Assembly: GCA_964252075.1 (NCBI GenBank)
Contig: CAXULY010000006.1
Coordinates: 1 to 64,000 of the forward strand
Direction: 5' to 3'
DNA: 64,000 nucleotides
Origin: an uncultured Deinococcaceae bacterium
Lineage (GTDB): Bacteria; Deinococcota; Deinococci; Deinococcales; Deinococcaceae
Position numbers and translations under genes: made by a program. The notes below the pieces were generated by a model. It was not told where the DNA came from. It saw only the letters and a list, made by a program, of their open reading frames with translations, and ran no database searches. Positions 28,703 through 37,669 of this stretch are shown here, piece after piece. Positions within the stretch are counted from its first letter, which is position 1, and each line of letters starts with the position of its first letter.

Positions 28703-29404
28703 ATGCACAGCACCCACCGATCCCACCCGCCCGGCCGGCGGTTCCTGATGGCCGCCGCGCTCCTGCTCACCTCGACGGCGGGCGCGCTGGACATCACCAT
28801 CAACGGCCAGCGCAGCGCGCAGCGGACCATCACCGTGAACGGGCGGACGTACGTGCCCATTGAGGTGTTCACGGCGCTGAAGGTGCCGTTCGTGGTGCGC
28901 GGCAACGTCCTCGCGCTGGGCGCGGCGGGCGGCGCGAACGAACGGCCTTCCCTGGAGGGCTGCGTCGGCGACTCACTCTTCAACGGCGTGTGGCGCCTGA
29001 AGGTCACGAAACTCGAACGCATCGTGAAGGACGGCAACACCCCCGGCTGGGGCCTCACGGTCGAGGTGCGAAACGGCACGCGCGCCACGCTGAGCCCCGC
29101 GGATGCGGGCATCAACTACAGCGGCGCAGGCATCCAGCTGGCCTTCGCGGACGCCACGACCCTCCCCGTGGACGCGCTGGACGTGCAGAAACTGACGCTC
29201 GCGGCCCTCCCGCAGGGCGGCGCCGTGAACGCGCAGCTGAAGTTCTACGCCCCGTCCGGCGCGGAGGACCGCGCCGCGAGGGCGCCCAGCAAGTTCCTGC
29301 TGGAGGTGGACGCGAAGGGCGTGGGGGACACGCTGCGGCGGCAGGGCGTGGCCTTCACGACGCCCACCCCGAGTTTCCGCGTGCGGCTGGACTGCGCCCA
29401 CTGA
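28703..29404 (+). CDS. Hypothetical exported protein
   Basis: Signal peptide; VNGRTYVP AMIN/copper-amine-oxidase-N-like start; two Cys residues. Confidence 0.75.
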   Translation: MHSTHRSHPPGRRFLMAAALLLTSTAGALDITINGQRSAQRTITVNGRTYVPIEVFTALKVPFVVRGNVLALGAAGGANERPSLEGCVGDSLFNGVWRLKVTKLERIVKDGNTPGWGLTVEVRNGTRATLSPADAGINYSGAGIQLAFADATTLPVDALDVQKLTLAALPQGGAVNAQLKFYAPSGAEDRAARAPSKFLLEVDAKGVGDTLRRQGVAFTTPTPSFRVRLDCAH

Positions 29405-29435
29405 GCGCTCCGGGCGGGGCGTACCGCCCCACCCC

Positions 29436-30536
29436 TCATTCGGGAACGGGCGCGGGGGGCCAGAACTCCGCCTGGTCCTCGCCCCGCACCTGGTTGCGGC
29501 CCTGCGCCTTCGCGAGGTACAGGCGCTCGTCCGCCACCTGCAGGGCCTCCACGGGGTCACTGCCGAGCGCCACCAGCCCGATCGAGATGGTGACCTTGTC
29601 GCCCGTGAGGTGCGCGGCGCGCGCCACGCGCCGCGCCACGTTGCTGCGCACGCGTTCAGCCACCACGGGCGCCCAGGCGGGCTTGCAGCGGTGCAGCAGC
29701 ACCGCGAACTCCTCACCCCCGAGGCGGTAAACGCGGTCCGTGGGGCGCACGCTGTCCCCGATGACGCCCGCCGTGGCGGCCAGCACGCGGTCCCCCTGCG
29801 CGTGACCGTGCGTGTCGTTCACGCGCTTGAAGTGATCGAGGTCCACCATCAGCAGGAAGGTGGACGGCCCCGCGCGCAGGAGGTCCTCGTCGAACTGGCG
29901 GCGGTTGTGCACGCCGGTCAGCGCGTCCCGGAACGCGAGGTCCTCCAGGCGGCTGGCGTGCTGGAGGGCCAGCAGGCGCGTGCGGATCACGAGCCCACCC
30001 ACCAGCATGCCCAGGGCGCTGAGCAGCACGCCCGAGAGGTACACGGACAGCACCCCGCCGAAGGGCTTCACGCCGTGCACGAACGCCCAGAAGAACGTGA
30101 GGTTCGCCAGCGCGAACACCCGCAGGGGCGTGATCCACGATTGCCAGCCCGTGAGGCCCTCCACGATGGGGGTGCGCGTGAACCACGTGCGGGAGGCGAG
30201 CGCCGCGACCAGCAGCATGTTCAGGACGGCGTAGGGCGCGCCCTCACCGCCCAGCTGCCAGCGGTACACGGCCAGCGGCAGCGCCACCAGCAGACCCGCC
30301 AGCACGCCGTTGCGGCGGCTCGCGAGGGCGATGGGCACCGTGCGCAGGTCGAACATCAGGTCCGGCGTGAAGGTGAGGCGGTGCGCCATGACCTCGAAGG
30401 CCGTGACGACCAGCAGCGCGTAACGAACGGCGAGGAACACCCAGCGTTCAGGGCGCACCACGGTGGTGAACGTGACGCTCACGGCGAAGAGGCCCGTCAC
30501 GAGCACACAGATGTTGAGGAGGATCGCGTCAATCAA
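29436..30536 (-). CDS. Membrane diguanylate cyclase (5TM-LYT-like sensor plus GGDEF)
   Basis: FDLR in the TM region; DALTGVHNRR, DLDHFKRVNDTHGHAQGD, RLGGEEF. Confidence 0.92.
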   Translation of the reverse strand: MIDAILLNICVLVTGLFAVSVTFTTVVRPERWVFLAVRYALLVVTAFEVMAHRLTFTPDLMFDLRTVPIALASRRNGVLAGLLVALPLAVYRWQLGGEGAPYAVLNMLLVAALASRTWFTRTPIVEGLTGWQSWITPLRVFALANLTFFWAFVHGVKPFGGVLSVYLSGVLLSALGMLVGGLVIRTRLLALQHASRLEDLAFRDALTGVHNRRQFDEDLLRAGPSTFLLMVDLDHFKRVNDTHGHAQGDRVLAATAGVIGDSVRPTDRVYRLGGEEFAVLLHRCKPAWAPVVAERVRSNVARRVARAAHLTGDKVTISIGLVALGSDPVEALQVADERLYLAKAQGRNQVRGEDQAEFWPPAPVPE

Positions 30537-30573
30537 AGGGAAGGGTCCACGCAGAGGGCATCGTTCACCACCA

Positions 30574-31686
30574 TTATGCGTCGGGCGGCGCCGTCACGGT
30601 GGGCCACACGCGCGTGAGGAACACCTCGGCGATCACCGGGTCGAAATGCCGCCCCGCCTGCCCCGCCACCTCGCGCGCGGCGTCATCCGGCTGCCACGCG
30701 CGCTTGTACGGGCGGTGGCTGGTGAGTGCGTCGAACACGTCCACCACCGCGAAGATGCGCGCCAGCAGCGGGATGCGCGCGCCACTCAGGGCGCGCGGGT
30801 ACCCGCTGCCGTCCCAGCGCTCGTGATGCCCCGCAATCACGGCGCGCGCGCCCTCCGGCAGGAAGCCCAGCATGCCCGCGAAGCGCTCCCCCTCCGCGAC
30901 GTGCCCCTGCATGACGCGCCACTCCTCCGCGTCGAGCCGACCGGGCTTCAGCAGGATGCGGTCCGGCATGGAGAGCTTGCCGATGTCGTGCAGGTACGCG
31001 CCCCAGCGCAGCGCCTGCACGTCGGCGGGCGGGAGCTTCAGTTCGTTCCCGACGCGCAGCGCGAGCTGCGTGACGCGGTCGGTGTGCCCGCGCGTCTCGC
31101 GGTCCTTGTACTCCAGGCCCAGGCCCAGCGCCCGCAGGGCCGACTCGCGCGCTTCGGTGGCGGCCTCCTCCGCCGCGAGGCGCGCCGTGAGCGCCGCGAG
31201 CGTGCCCGCGATGGACGTGAACAGCGCCGCCTCCGCCGTCGTCCAGGCGTGCGGCTCGAAGGTGTGCATCAGGAACGCGCCCACCAGCTGACCGTCCCGG
31301 TCGCGGACGGGCGCCGCCGCGAGGGACTGCACGCCCAGCTCAGGGAAGCCCGCCGCGGCGGGGCTGGCGCGCGTGTCATCCATGAACAGCGGCAGTTCCG
31401 CGCCCTGCAGCGCCAGCAGCAGGGGCGTGTCCGGCGGGAGGCCGTGCGTGAGGATGACGCGCATGGCGTCCCCCGTGGGCAGTTCGCCCGCCGCCGCCTT
31501 CGCCTGGAACGCGACGCCGCCCGCGTTCAGCTGGAAGTACGCGGCGCCGACGGCGGCGGTGCGCTGCACGAGCTCATCGAGGGTGGGCACCACGGCCGTC
31601 GCGAGGTCCGGCGCGGCGAGCGCGTGACGGGCGAGGCGCAGGATGGATTCGGCGGCGTGCGCGCGCGGGTCGAGCGGTGCGGTCAT
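30574..31686 (-). CDS. GAF plus HD-GYP cyclic-dinucleotide phosphodiesterase
   Basis: ETRGHTDRV, LHDIGK, HHERWDGSGYP, DVFDALTSHRPYK. Confidence 0.92.
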   Translation of the reverse strand: MTAPLDPRAHAAESILRLARHALAAPDLATAVVPTLDELVQRTAAVGAAYFQLNAGGVAFQAKAAAGELPTGDAMRVILTHGLPPDTPLLLALQGAELPLFMDDTRASPAAAGFPELGVQSLAAAPVRDRDGQLVGAFLMHTFEPHAWTTAEAALFTSIAGTLAALTARLAAEEAATEARESALRALGLGLEYKDRETRGHTDRVTQLALRVGNELKLPPADVQALRWGAYLHDIGKLSMPDRILLKPGRLDAEEWRVMQGHVAEGERFAGMLGFLPEGARAVIAGHHERWDGSGYPRALSGARIPLLARIFAVVDVFDALTSHRPYKRAWQPDDAAREVAGQAGRHFDPVIAEVFLTRVWPTVTAPPDA

Positions 31687-31929
31687 GGACGACCTCGCCT
31701 TTCCTGAAGGGGGGCCCGGCCCGAGGGTGCTGGAGGACAAGTCAACGGTGGCCGCGCTGGCGTGGAGAAGATCCGGATGTGACCCGGGCGCGCCGCGAGG
31801 CCCGCACCCCCGGGTGGTTCAGTGTACACACGCCGTCCCGCCGAGAGGTTAGCGCGGCCCCAGGGAACGGGCGTCCCGCCGGGCCGCGTCAGACCGGCGT
31901 GCCAACCCATGCGGCCCGTATCATGAGGC

Positions 31930-32514
31930 ATGACCGACGCGGCGCCCGAGGCAGTGTCCTGGCCGTCCCTCCAGTGGCTGAACGAGCCGTCGTGGCGCGT
32001 GCAGGGCGGGGTGCTCAGCGTCCGGACGGCGCGCGAGACGGACTTCTGGCAGGTCACGCATTACGGCTTCGCGCGTGACAGCGGGCACTTCCTGCACAGC
32101 CCACCGCTCGGGGAGTTCACGGCCAGCGTGCGCGTCGAGGGTCAGTACAAGGCGCTGTACGACCAGGCGGGCCTGATGCTGCGCAGCGACGCGACGTGCT
32201 GGGTGAAGTCAGGCGTGGAGTTCGTGGGCGAGCAGCAGCTCAGCGCCGTTGTGACGCGGGGCTTCAGCGACTGGAGCGTGCGGCCCGCCGGGCACCCGCC
32301 GCACGTGGACCTCAGGCTCACGCGCCGCGGGGACGCCCTTCAGGTGCACGCGCGCCTGCCCGGCGCGGGGTGGTCGCTGCTGCGCCTCGCGTACTATCCG
32401 CCCGATGCGCCGGGCGCCGTCGGCGTGTACGCGTGCAGTCCGCAACGGGAGGGCTTCGAGGTCCGCTTCTCGAACCTCGTGATCGGCCCGCCCGAGGACG
32501 CCCCGCCGTACTGA
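31930..32514 (+). CDS. DUF1349 (ConA-like) protein
   Basis: WLNEP, TDFWQVTHYGF, YDQAGL, WVKSGVEF, SDWS, ACSP; leaderless -10 TATCAT at 31919-31924. Confidence 0.88.
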   Translation: MTDAAPEAVSWPSLQWLNEPSWRVQGGVLSVRTARETDFWQVTHYGFARDSGHFLHSPPLGEFTASVRVEGQYKALYDQAGLMLRSDATCWVKSGVEFVGEQQLSAVVTRGFSDWSVRPAGHPPHVDLRLTRRGDALQVHARLPGAGWSLLRLAYYPPDAPGAVGVYACSPQREGFEVRFSNLVIGPPEDAPPY

Positions 32515-32695
32515 GCGGAGGGAGGCCCCAGCACCGCAGGAGCTGGTGGGTGTGGGGGCCGCGCCGCCGAGGTGCTTGCCCCTGCGCGTTCAGGACGACC
32601 GCCGAACCCACGCGGCGCCCTCGCCGCTGACTCGGCGGGCGCCGCTACCCGGCCGGGGGCGCCTGACGTCCGCCCGTACGGCGGTCGCCGCGCGC

Positions 32696-32730
32696 CAATC
32701 ATTCATCAATCACGGTGGCTTTCCTAAGGT
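32696..32730 (+). promoter_or_regulatory. Direct-repeat activator-type promoter, copy 1
   Basis: CAATCA-TTCAT-CAATCA-N12-TAAGGT upstream of the di-cupredoxin gene. Confidence 0.75.
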
Positions 32731-32775
32731 GCGTCCAGAGCGGGGCGACGCGCCCCGATCCAAGGAGGAACCACC

Positions 32776-33636
32776 ATGAAAAGCACCCGTCTGTTCGCCA
32801 TTGCCGCCCTCAGCGCCCTGATCGCCACGTCCGCCGTCGCCCAGTCGGGCATGGATCACGCCATGCCGGGCCTGCAGGTCGTGGGCAGCGATTACCGCTA
32901 CAGCAACCCGGGCGCCCTCTCGACCGGCTGGAACACCATCGAGTTCCGGAACACCGGGCGTGAAGCGCACCACCTGCAACTCGTGCGCCTGCCGGACGGC
33001 ATGACGCAGGCGTCGTTCCTCGCGAAGCTGAAGGAGAACGAGGGCGCCGCGCTCGCGAGCGTCGAGATGGTCGGCGGCGTCGGCATGCTGCTGCCCGGCC
33101 AGTCGCAGCAGGTCACCCTGAACCTGGACACGCCCGGCACGTACCTGGAGTTGTGCTTCGTGCCGGACGAGAAGGGCGTGCCGCACCTCGCGCTCGGCAT
33201 GGTGAACACCCTGCAGGTGAAGGCCAGCGCGCAGGCGACCAGCGCGGCCCCCAAGGCGGACCTCAAGGTGAAACTCATGGACTTCGCCTTCGAACTGCCC
33301 GAGGACGCCATCATCCAGGCGGGGCCGCAGGTGTGGGAGGTGGAGAACGCCGGTCCGGAAGGGCACGAGATGGCGATCATGCGCCTCGCGCCCGGCAAGA
33401 CCCTCGCGGACCTCGACGCATACATGAAGAACCCGGAAGGCCCCATGCCCATGATTCCGGTGGGCGGCGCGCAGGCCGTGACGCAGGGCCGCACGAGCTA
33501 CCTGAACGTGAACCTGGAGGCGGGCGATTACGTGCTGCTGTGCTTCCTGCCCAGCCCGGCGAACGCGGGCGCGCGCCACGCCGCCCTCGGCATGGTCCGT
33601 CCCTTCACCGTGGTGGCCCGCACGGCCTCCCGCTGA
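32776..33636 (+). CDS. Exported protein with two cupredoxin-like (type-1 Cu) repeats
   Basis: Signal peptide; two repeats of H...C-F-x-P...H-x3-GM (LCFVPDEKGVPHLALGM; LCFLPSPANAGARHAALGM). Confidence 0.8.
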   Translation: MKSTRLFAIAALSALIATSAVAQSGMDHAMPGLQVVGSDYRYSNPGALSTGWNTIEFRNTGREAHHLQLVRLPDGMTQASFLAKLKENEGAALASVEMVGGVGMLLPGQSQQVTLNLDTPGTYLELCFVPDEKGVPHLALGMVNTLQVKASAQATSAAPKADLKVKLMDFAFELPEDAIIQAGPQVWEVENAGPEGHEMAIMRLAPGKTLADLDAYMKNPEGPMPMIPVGGAQAVTQGRTSYLNVNLEAGDYVLLCFLPSPANAGARHAALGMVRPFTVVARTASR

Positions 33637-33742
33637 GCAGGGCACCCCAGGGCGGCCGGACCCCCGCAGGGGTGCTCCGGTCGCCCCTCAGCACGCCAGC
33701 ACCCCACACCACCGCTTCCACAGCGTTTCCCGAAGGAGCCTC

Positions 33743-34354
33743 ATGTCGGACCACGTGACGTACGCCTCGTTCCCCGCACAGTTCAGCACCACCTTCACGG
33801 TCGCGCACCTCGCGTCCCTCGACCACCGCTTCCATCACCTGCGCGCCCTGCGGGGGCGGCGCGCGCTGGACCTCGTCGTGCAGGACAGCGCGGACCTCCA
33901 GAACGCGCACCTGACCCTGCGGTCCGGTCAGGCGGAGTGGCTGGGCGCGCCGGGCGCCCTCGACGAGGACGGCGCAGGCCGCCGCCCCTTCCACGGCTGG
34001 AGCGAGGCGGCGCTCGCGTACGCCCTCGGGGTGGACCTGACGCCAGTGGAGTTGCAGCGCGTACCGTTCACGGAGTTGAACGACCGCGTCGCGGCGTGGC
34101 GGACGGGCGTCCTGTACGCCTTCGCACGCGTGGATGCGGGACCGAGCCCCGCCCTCGCGCGGCGCCTGAACCTCGCGAACGACATGGACCGCCTGGAGTT
34201 CGATTTCCTGGCCGCGACGGACTTCGCGGGGCTGGACCTGGTGCGCGCGCACCGCCTGAACGCGTCGGGCGCGCACGAGGTCCTGCGGGCCAGCAGCAGG
34301 GCGGATGCGCCGGTGGCGGCCGCTCCGGCGGAGCGGGGCCGCCTGTGGTCCTGA
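33743..34354 (+). CDS. Hypothetical protein
   Basis: AAGGAG RBS, GC3-rich codon usage; no family recognised. Confidence 0.7.
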   Translation: MSDHVTYASFPAQFSTTFTVAHLASLDHRFHHLRALRGRRALDLVVQDSADLQNAHLTLRSGQAEWLGAPGALDEDGAGRRPFHGWSEAALAYALGVDLTPVELQRVPFTELNDRVAAWRTGVLYAFARVDAGPSPALARRLNLANDMDRLEFDFLAATDFAGLDLVRAHRLNASGAHEVLRASSRADAPVAAAPAERGRLWS

Positions 34355-34378
34355 GGGAAGTCAGGCGGCGCAGCAAGG

Positions 34379-34412
34379 GACGGACGGGCCACTCGGCCCG
34401 TCCGTTCGTTTT
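34379..34412 (+). terminator. Probable intrinsic terminator
   Basis: ACGGACGGGCC-ACTC-GGCCCGTCCGT hairpin followed by TCGTTTTG. Confidence 0.6.
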
Positions 34413-34636
34413 GTTCCCCTCCTGCGCTGGCCCTCTGGATGCATGGGTGAGTGTGGCTCACCTGACACGCGGTCGGGGACCGGCGGGCAGGCACCCAGGC
34501 GCGGGGGTTCGCGCCGTCCGCTTCCTGTATTTGCAGCACAGAAAGCGGGAAGGATTCGGTCCTCCCTGGCGGGGACCAACGGACCGTGGGGTATGGCCCA
34601 GCCCCGTCCATTCCCCTCTTTGGCAGGAATGCAGTT

Positions 34637-34668
34637 GGGCGCAGCGCCACGACTATGGCGCTGCGCCC
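34637..34668. terminator. 13-bp stem-loop just downstream of the FAD oxidoreductase
   Basis: GGGCGCAGCGCCA-N6-TGGCGCTGCGCCC; no clear U tract. Confidence 0.5.
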
Positions 34669-34683
34669 TAAGACCACTAGGCG

Positions 34684-36099
34684 TCAGGCGGGGACGGAGT
34701 CCTCCCGCGCGGGCTTCAGGTTCACGTTGCGCGCGAACAGGTTCTGCGGGTCGTACTGCGCCTTCACGCGCGCGAGGCGCTGCTGGTGGCGCGCCCCGTA
34801 CGTGCGCTCGGTGGCGTGCTCGTCGCGCGCGCCGGTGAAGTTGCCGTACAGGCCGCTCGCGAGGGGCGCGACGGACGCCCAGACGCGGTCGGTGTTCGCC
34901 CACGCCTGCGCGTCCAGGCTGGCGTCGGGCACGGCCTCCCCAACCATCATGAGGAATGGGGCGCTGCGGTGCGCGAAGGCGGTGGCGTCGTGCGGGACGC
35001 GCGCCATCTGGCCGCCCAGGACGCGCAGCTGCACGATCTGACCGGGCGTCATGCGCTGCACCTCGCGCCCCAGGTGCAGGAGGGCGTCGTCCGTGAGGTC
35101 GCGCAGGAAGCCGGAGCGGATGGCGTGCCGCAGGCCGGGCGCGGCGGGCGCGTCCGTGAAGCTGAACATCGCGGGGTACGGCATGGGGCCGATGAGGTCG
35201 AAGGCGGCCGTGCCGAGCGCGCGGAAGGGCGCGAGCACCGCTTCGCCGTGCGCGATGTCGCCGCTGTAGCACGCGAGGATCGCGAAGACGGTGCGGCCCA
35301 CGAGGTGCGGCGGCACGAAGGGCGCGGGCGGCGCGGCGATGAAGAGGCCCTGCATGCTGAGCGCGTCGGGGGCGGTGGCGGCGAGCCGCGCGAAGCGGCC
35401 CATGAGGCGCGCAGCGTCGCTGGGGTCGCTGGCGTCAAAGGCCAGCATGCCGCCGTAGATGAGTCCCGCGGCGTGCGCCTCGAATTCCAGCGCGGTGATC
35501 ACGCCGAAGTTCGCGCCGGCGCCCCGCAGGGCCCAGAACAGCTCGGGGTGCTCGGTGTCGCTGGCGCGCAGCAGGGTGCCGTCGGCCGTCACGAGCTTCA
35601 CAGCGCGCAGGCGGTCAATGGCGAGGCCGTGGTGGCGCACGAACCACCCGATGCCGCCGCCCTGCGTGAGGCCGCTCACGCCGACCGACGCCACGTCGCC
35701 CGCCGTGATGGCGAGGCCGTGCTCGTGCAGGGCGGCCGCCACTTCACCCCAGGTGAGGCCCGCGCCGAGGCGCACGTGGCGCGTCGCCGGGTTCACGTCG
35801 ATGGTGTTCAGGCGCGTGAGGTCCAGCGTCACGCCGCCCTCGACGCTGCCGAAACCGGCGGGGCTGTGCCCGCCGCCGCGCACCGCGAGCGGGAGGCGCT
35901 CCTCGCGGGCGAAGCGCAGGGCGCGCGCCACGTCCCGCGCGTTCGCGACGCGGGCGATGAGGGCGGGTTGGCTGGTGGTGGCGGCGTTCCAGAGGGCGCG
36001 CGCCGGCGCGAAGCCGGGATGGTCGGGCAGCAGCAGCTGGCCTTCGAAGGTGGCGTGCAGGTGCGCGAGGCGGGCGGCGTTCATGGGCAGGTCGTTCAT
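34684..36099 (-). CDS. FAD-linked oxidoreductase (FAD_binding_4 plus BBE)
   Basis: VRGGGHS covalent-FAD His, ELFWALRGAGANFG, YGNF, KAQYDPQNLF. Confidence 0.92.
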   Translation of the reverse strand: MNDLPMNAARLAHLHATFEGQLLLPDHPGFAPARALWNAATTSQPALIARVANARDVARALRFAREERLPLAVRGGGHSPAGFGSVEGGVTLDLTRLNTIDVNPATRHVRLGAGLTWGEVAAALHEHGLAITAGDVASVGVSGLTQGGGIGWFVRHHGLAIDRLRAVKLVTADGTLLRASDTEHPELFWALRGAGANFGVITALEFEAHAAGLIYGGMLAFDASDPSDAARLMGRFARLAATAPDALSMQGLFIAAPPAPFVPPHLVGRTVFAILACYSGDIAHGEAVLAPFRALGTAAFDLIGPMPYPAMFSFTDAPAAPGLRHAIRSGFLRDLTDDALLHLGREVQRMTPGQIVQLRVLGGQMARVPHDATAFAHRSAPFLMMVGEAVPDASLDAQAWANTDRVWASVAPLASGLYGNFTGARDEHATERTYGARHQQRLARVKAQYDPQNLFARNVNLKPAREDSVPA

Positions 36100-36157
36100 G
36101 GTGGTGCTCCTTGTGGGGAATGGGGTGGGGGGTGGTGGGCGGGCGGGGGGCGGGGGG

Positions 36158-37468
36158 TCACTGCACGAGGACCGCCCCTTTCATGAACGGGTGAGGCAGA
36201 CAGTGGTACTCGACGCGGCCCGCCGCTGAGAAGGTGAGGCTGAACTGCGCGCCGGGCGGCAGGTCGTGTCGCTCCTCGCGGCCGTTCACGGTGAGGGTGA
36301 CGGTGTGCGGGACCGCGTCGGTGTTGCGCCACGTGACGGGCTGACCCACCGGGACGCGCAGTTCCTTGGGGCGGAAGGTGAAGTTCGTGATGTCGATGGT
36401 GGCCGGACCGCCCACGGCGGGCGCGCTGTCGGGCGCACCGGGCATGGTCATGCCGTGGGCGTGCGCGTCGGTGGCTGGGGCGAGGCTGCCGTCGGCGCGG
36501 CGGGCGGGGCCGCCCGTGAGCATGAAGTGCATGCCGCCCGGGTACACGCCGCCGTTCACGTTCTGCGGGGTGTTGTGGTCGTGGAAGGGGAACGCGCCGT
36601 CGCGGCCCTTCACGAGCAGGTCGTACCGCTCGCCCGGCAGGATCGGCAGGGTGTCCGCCTGGTACGGCGCGGGCAGGTCGTGGCCGTCCTTGGCGATCAC
36701 GAGAAAGGTCATGCCGTGCACGTGCAGGCTATGCGGCTCGGCGCCCATGTGGATGACGCGCAGCAGGTGCACCTCCCCTTCCGGCACCACCACGTCCGGG
36801 ATGAGGGGGTACGTGTGGCCGTTCACGAGGAACAGGTCCGGGTGCGGCTCGGGTTTCGGCGTGAGGGGCGTCTGGTGGCTGTCCCACTCGTCCAGCACCA
36901 GCGTGTGCTCGGCCGTCCAGGGGACCTTCACGCCCTCGCGGGGCTCCACGATGAGCGCGCCGTACATGCCCATGTCCAGGTGGACGCTCGTCTGGAAGTG
37001 GCAGTGGTACGCATGCGTGCCCGCTTCCGTCGCGACGAACTCGTACGTGAAGCGCTGGCCGGGCAGCACCTCGTGGCTGGTGTGCGGCACGCCGTCCATT
37101 TCCTGCGCGAGCGACGTGATGCCGTGCAGGTGCAGGGCGTGCGGCTGGTCGTGGGCGTTCACGAGCGTGATGCGGACGTGGTCCCCGACGTGCACCCGCA
37201 GTTCCGGGCCGGGCACGCTGGGCGCCTGGCCGGGCAGGCCGAACGCCCACTGCTCCACCCGCACGCCGGGCGACACCTCGGTGGTGATGCGGTGCACTTC
37301 CAGCGTGAACTCCCGCAGTTCACCCGTCGCTTCCGAGAGGGGCACGGTCCCGACGCGCTGCTGCACGAAGGACTGGATCAGCGCGTCGCGGCCGGGGGCG
37401 GCAGACGTGGGGTGCGCCAGCGCGGCGCCGCTCAGCAGGAGGGTCAGCAGGATCAGGTGGCGCTTCAT
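36158..37468 (-). CDS. Exported two-domain multicopper oxidase with an extra C-terminal cupredoxin
   Basis: HALHLHG, YHCH....HLDMGM (T1 site in domain 1), HSLHVHG, FHDH; C-terminal PHTV...YHCLPHPFMKG; signal peptide. Confidence 0.88.
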   Translation of the reverse strand: MKRHLILLTLLLSGAALAHPTSAAPGRDALIQSFVQQRVGTVPLSEATGELREFTLEVHRITTEVSPGVRVEQWAFGLPGQAPSVPGPELRVHVGDHVRITLVNAHDQPHALHLHGITSLAQEMDGVPHTSHEVLPGQRFTYEFVATEAGTHAYHCHFQTSVHLDMGMYGALIVEPREGVKVPWTAEHTLVLDEWDSHQTPLTPKPEPHPDLFLVNGHTYPLIPDVVVPEGEVHLLRVIHMGAEPHSLHVHGMTFLVIAKDGHDLPAPYQADTLPILPGERYDLLVKGRDGAFPFHDHNTPQNVNGGVYPGGMHFMLTGGPARRADGSLAPATDAHAHGMTMPGAPDSAPAVGGPATIDITNFTFRPKELRVPVGQPVTWRNTDAVPHTVTLTVNGREERHDLPPGAQFSLTFSAAGRVEYHCLPHPFMKGAVLVQ

Positions 37469-37475
37469 GGCCGTC

Positions 37476-37510
37476 ACCTTAGGCAGCCGCCCATGATTCA
37501 CCCGTGACTG
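37476..37510 (-). promoter_or_regulatory. Direct-repeat promoter, copy 2 (leaderless multicopper oxidase transcript)
   Basis: Minus strand CAGTCA-CGGGT-GAATCA-N12-TAAGGT-N7-ATG. Confidence 0.75.
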
Positions 37511-37594
37511 GCGGGCCAGGCCGCGCTGGCGGCGGGTCCGGCCGCCAGCGCGGGCGCCTGGCGTGGGGGTGGGCGCGCGCGCCGCGCGTCCGGC

Positions 37595-37629
37595 CAATCA
37601 CGGGTGAATCAGGGCGCGCCCCCTAGCGT
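37595..37629 (+). promoter_or_regulatory. Direct-repeat promoter, copy 3
   Basis: CAATCA-CGGGT-GAATCA-N12-TAGCGT. Confidence 0.75.
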
Positions 37630-37669
37630 GACGGAGCCAAGAGGCACGACACACCAAGGAGGCACCACC

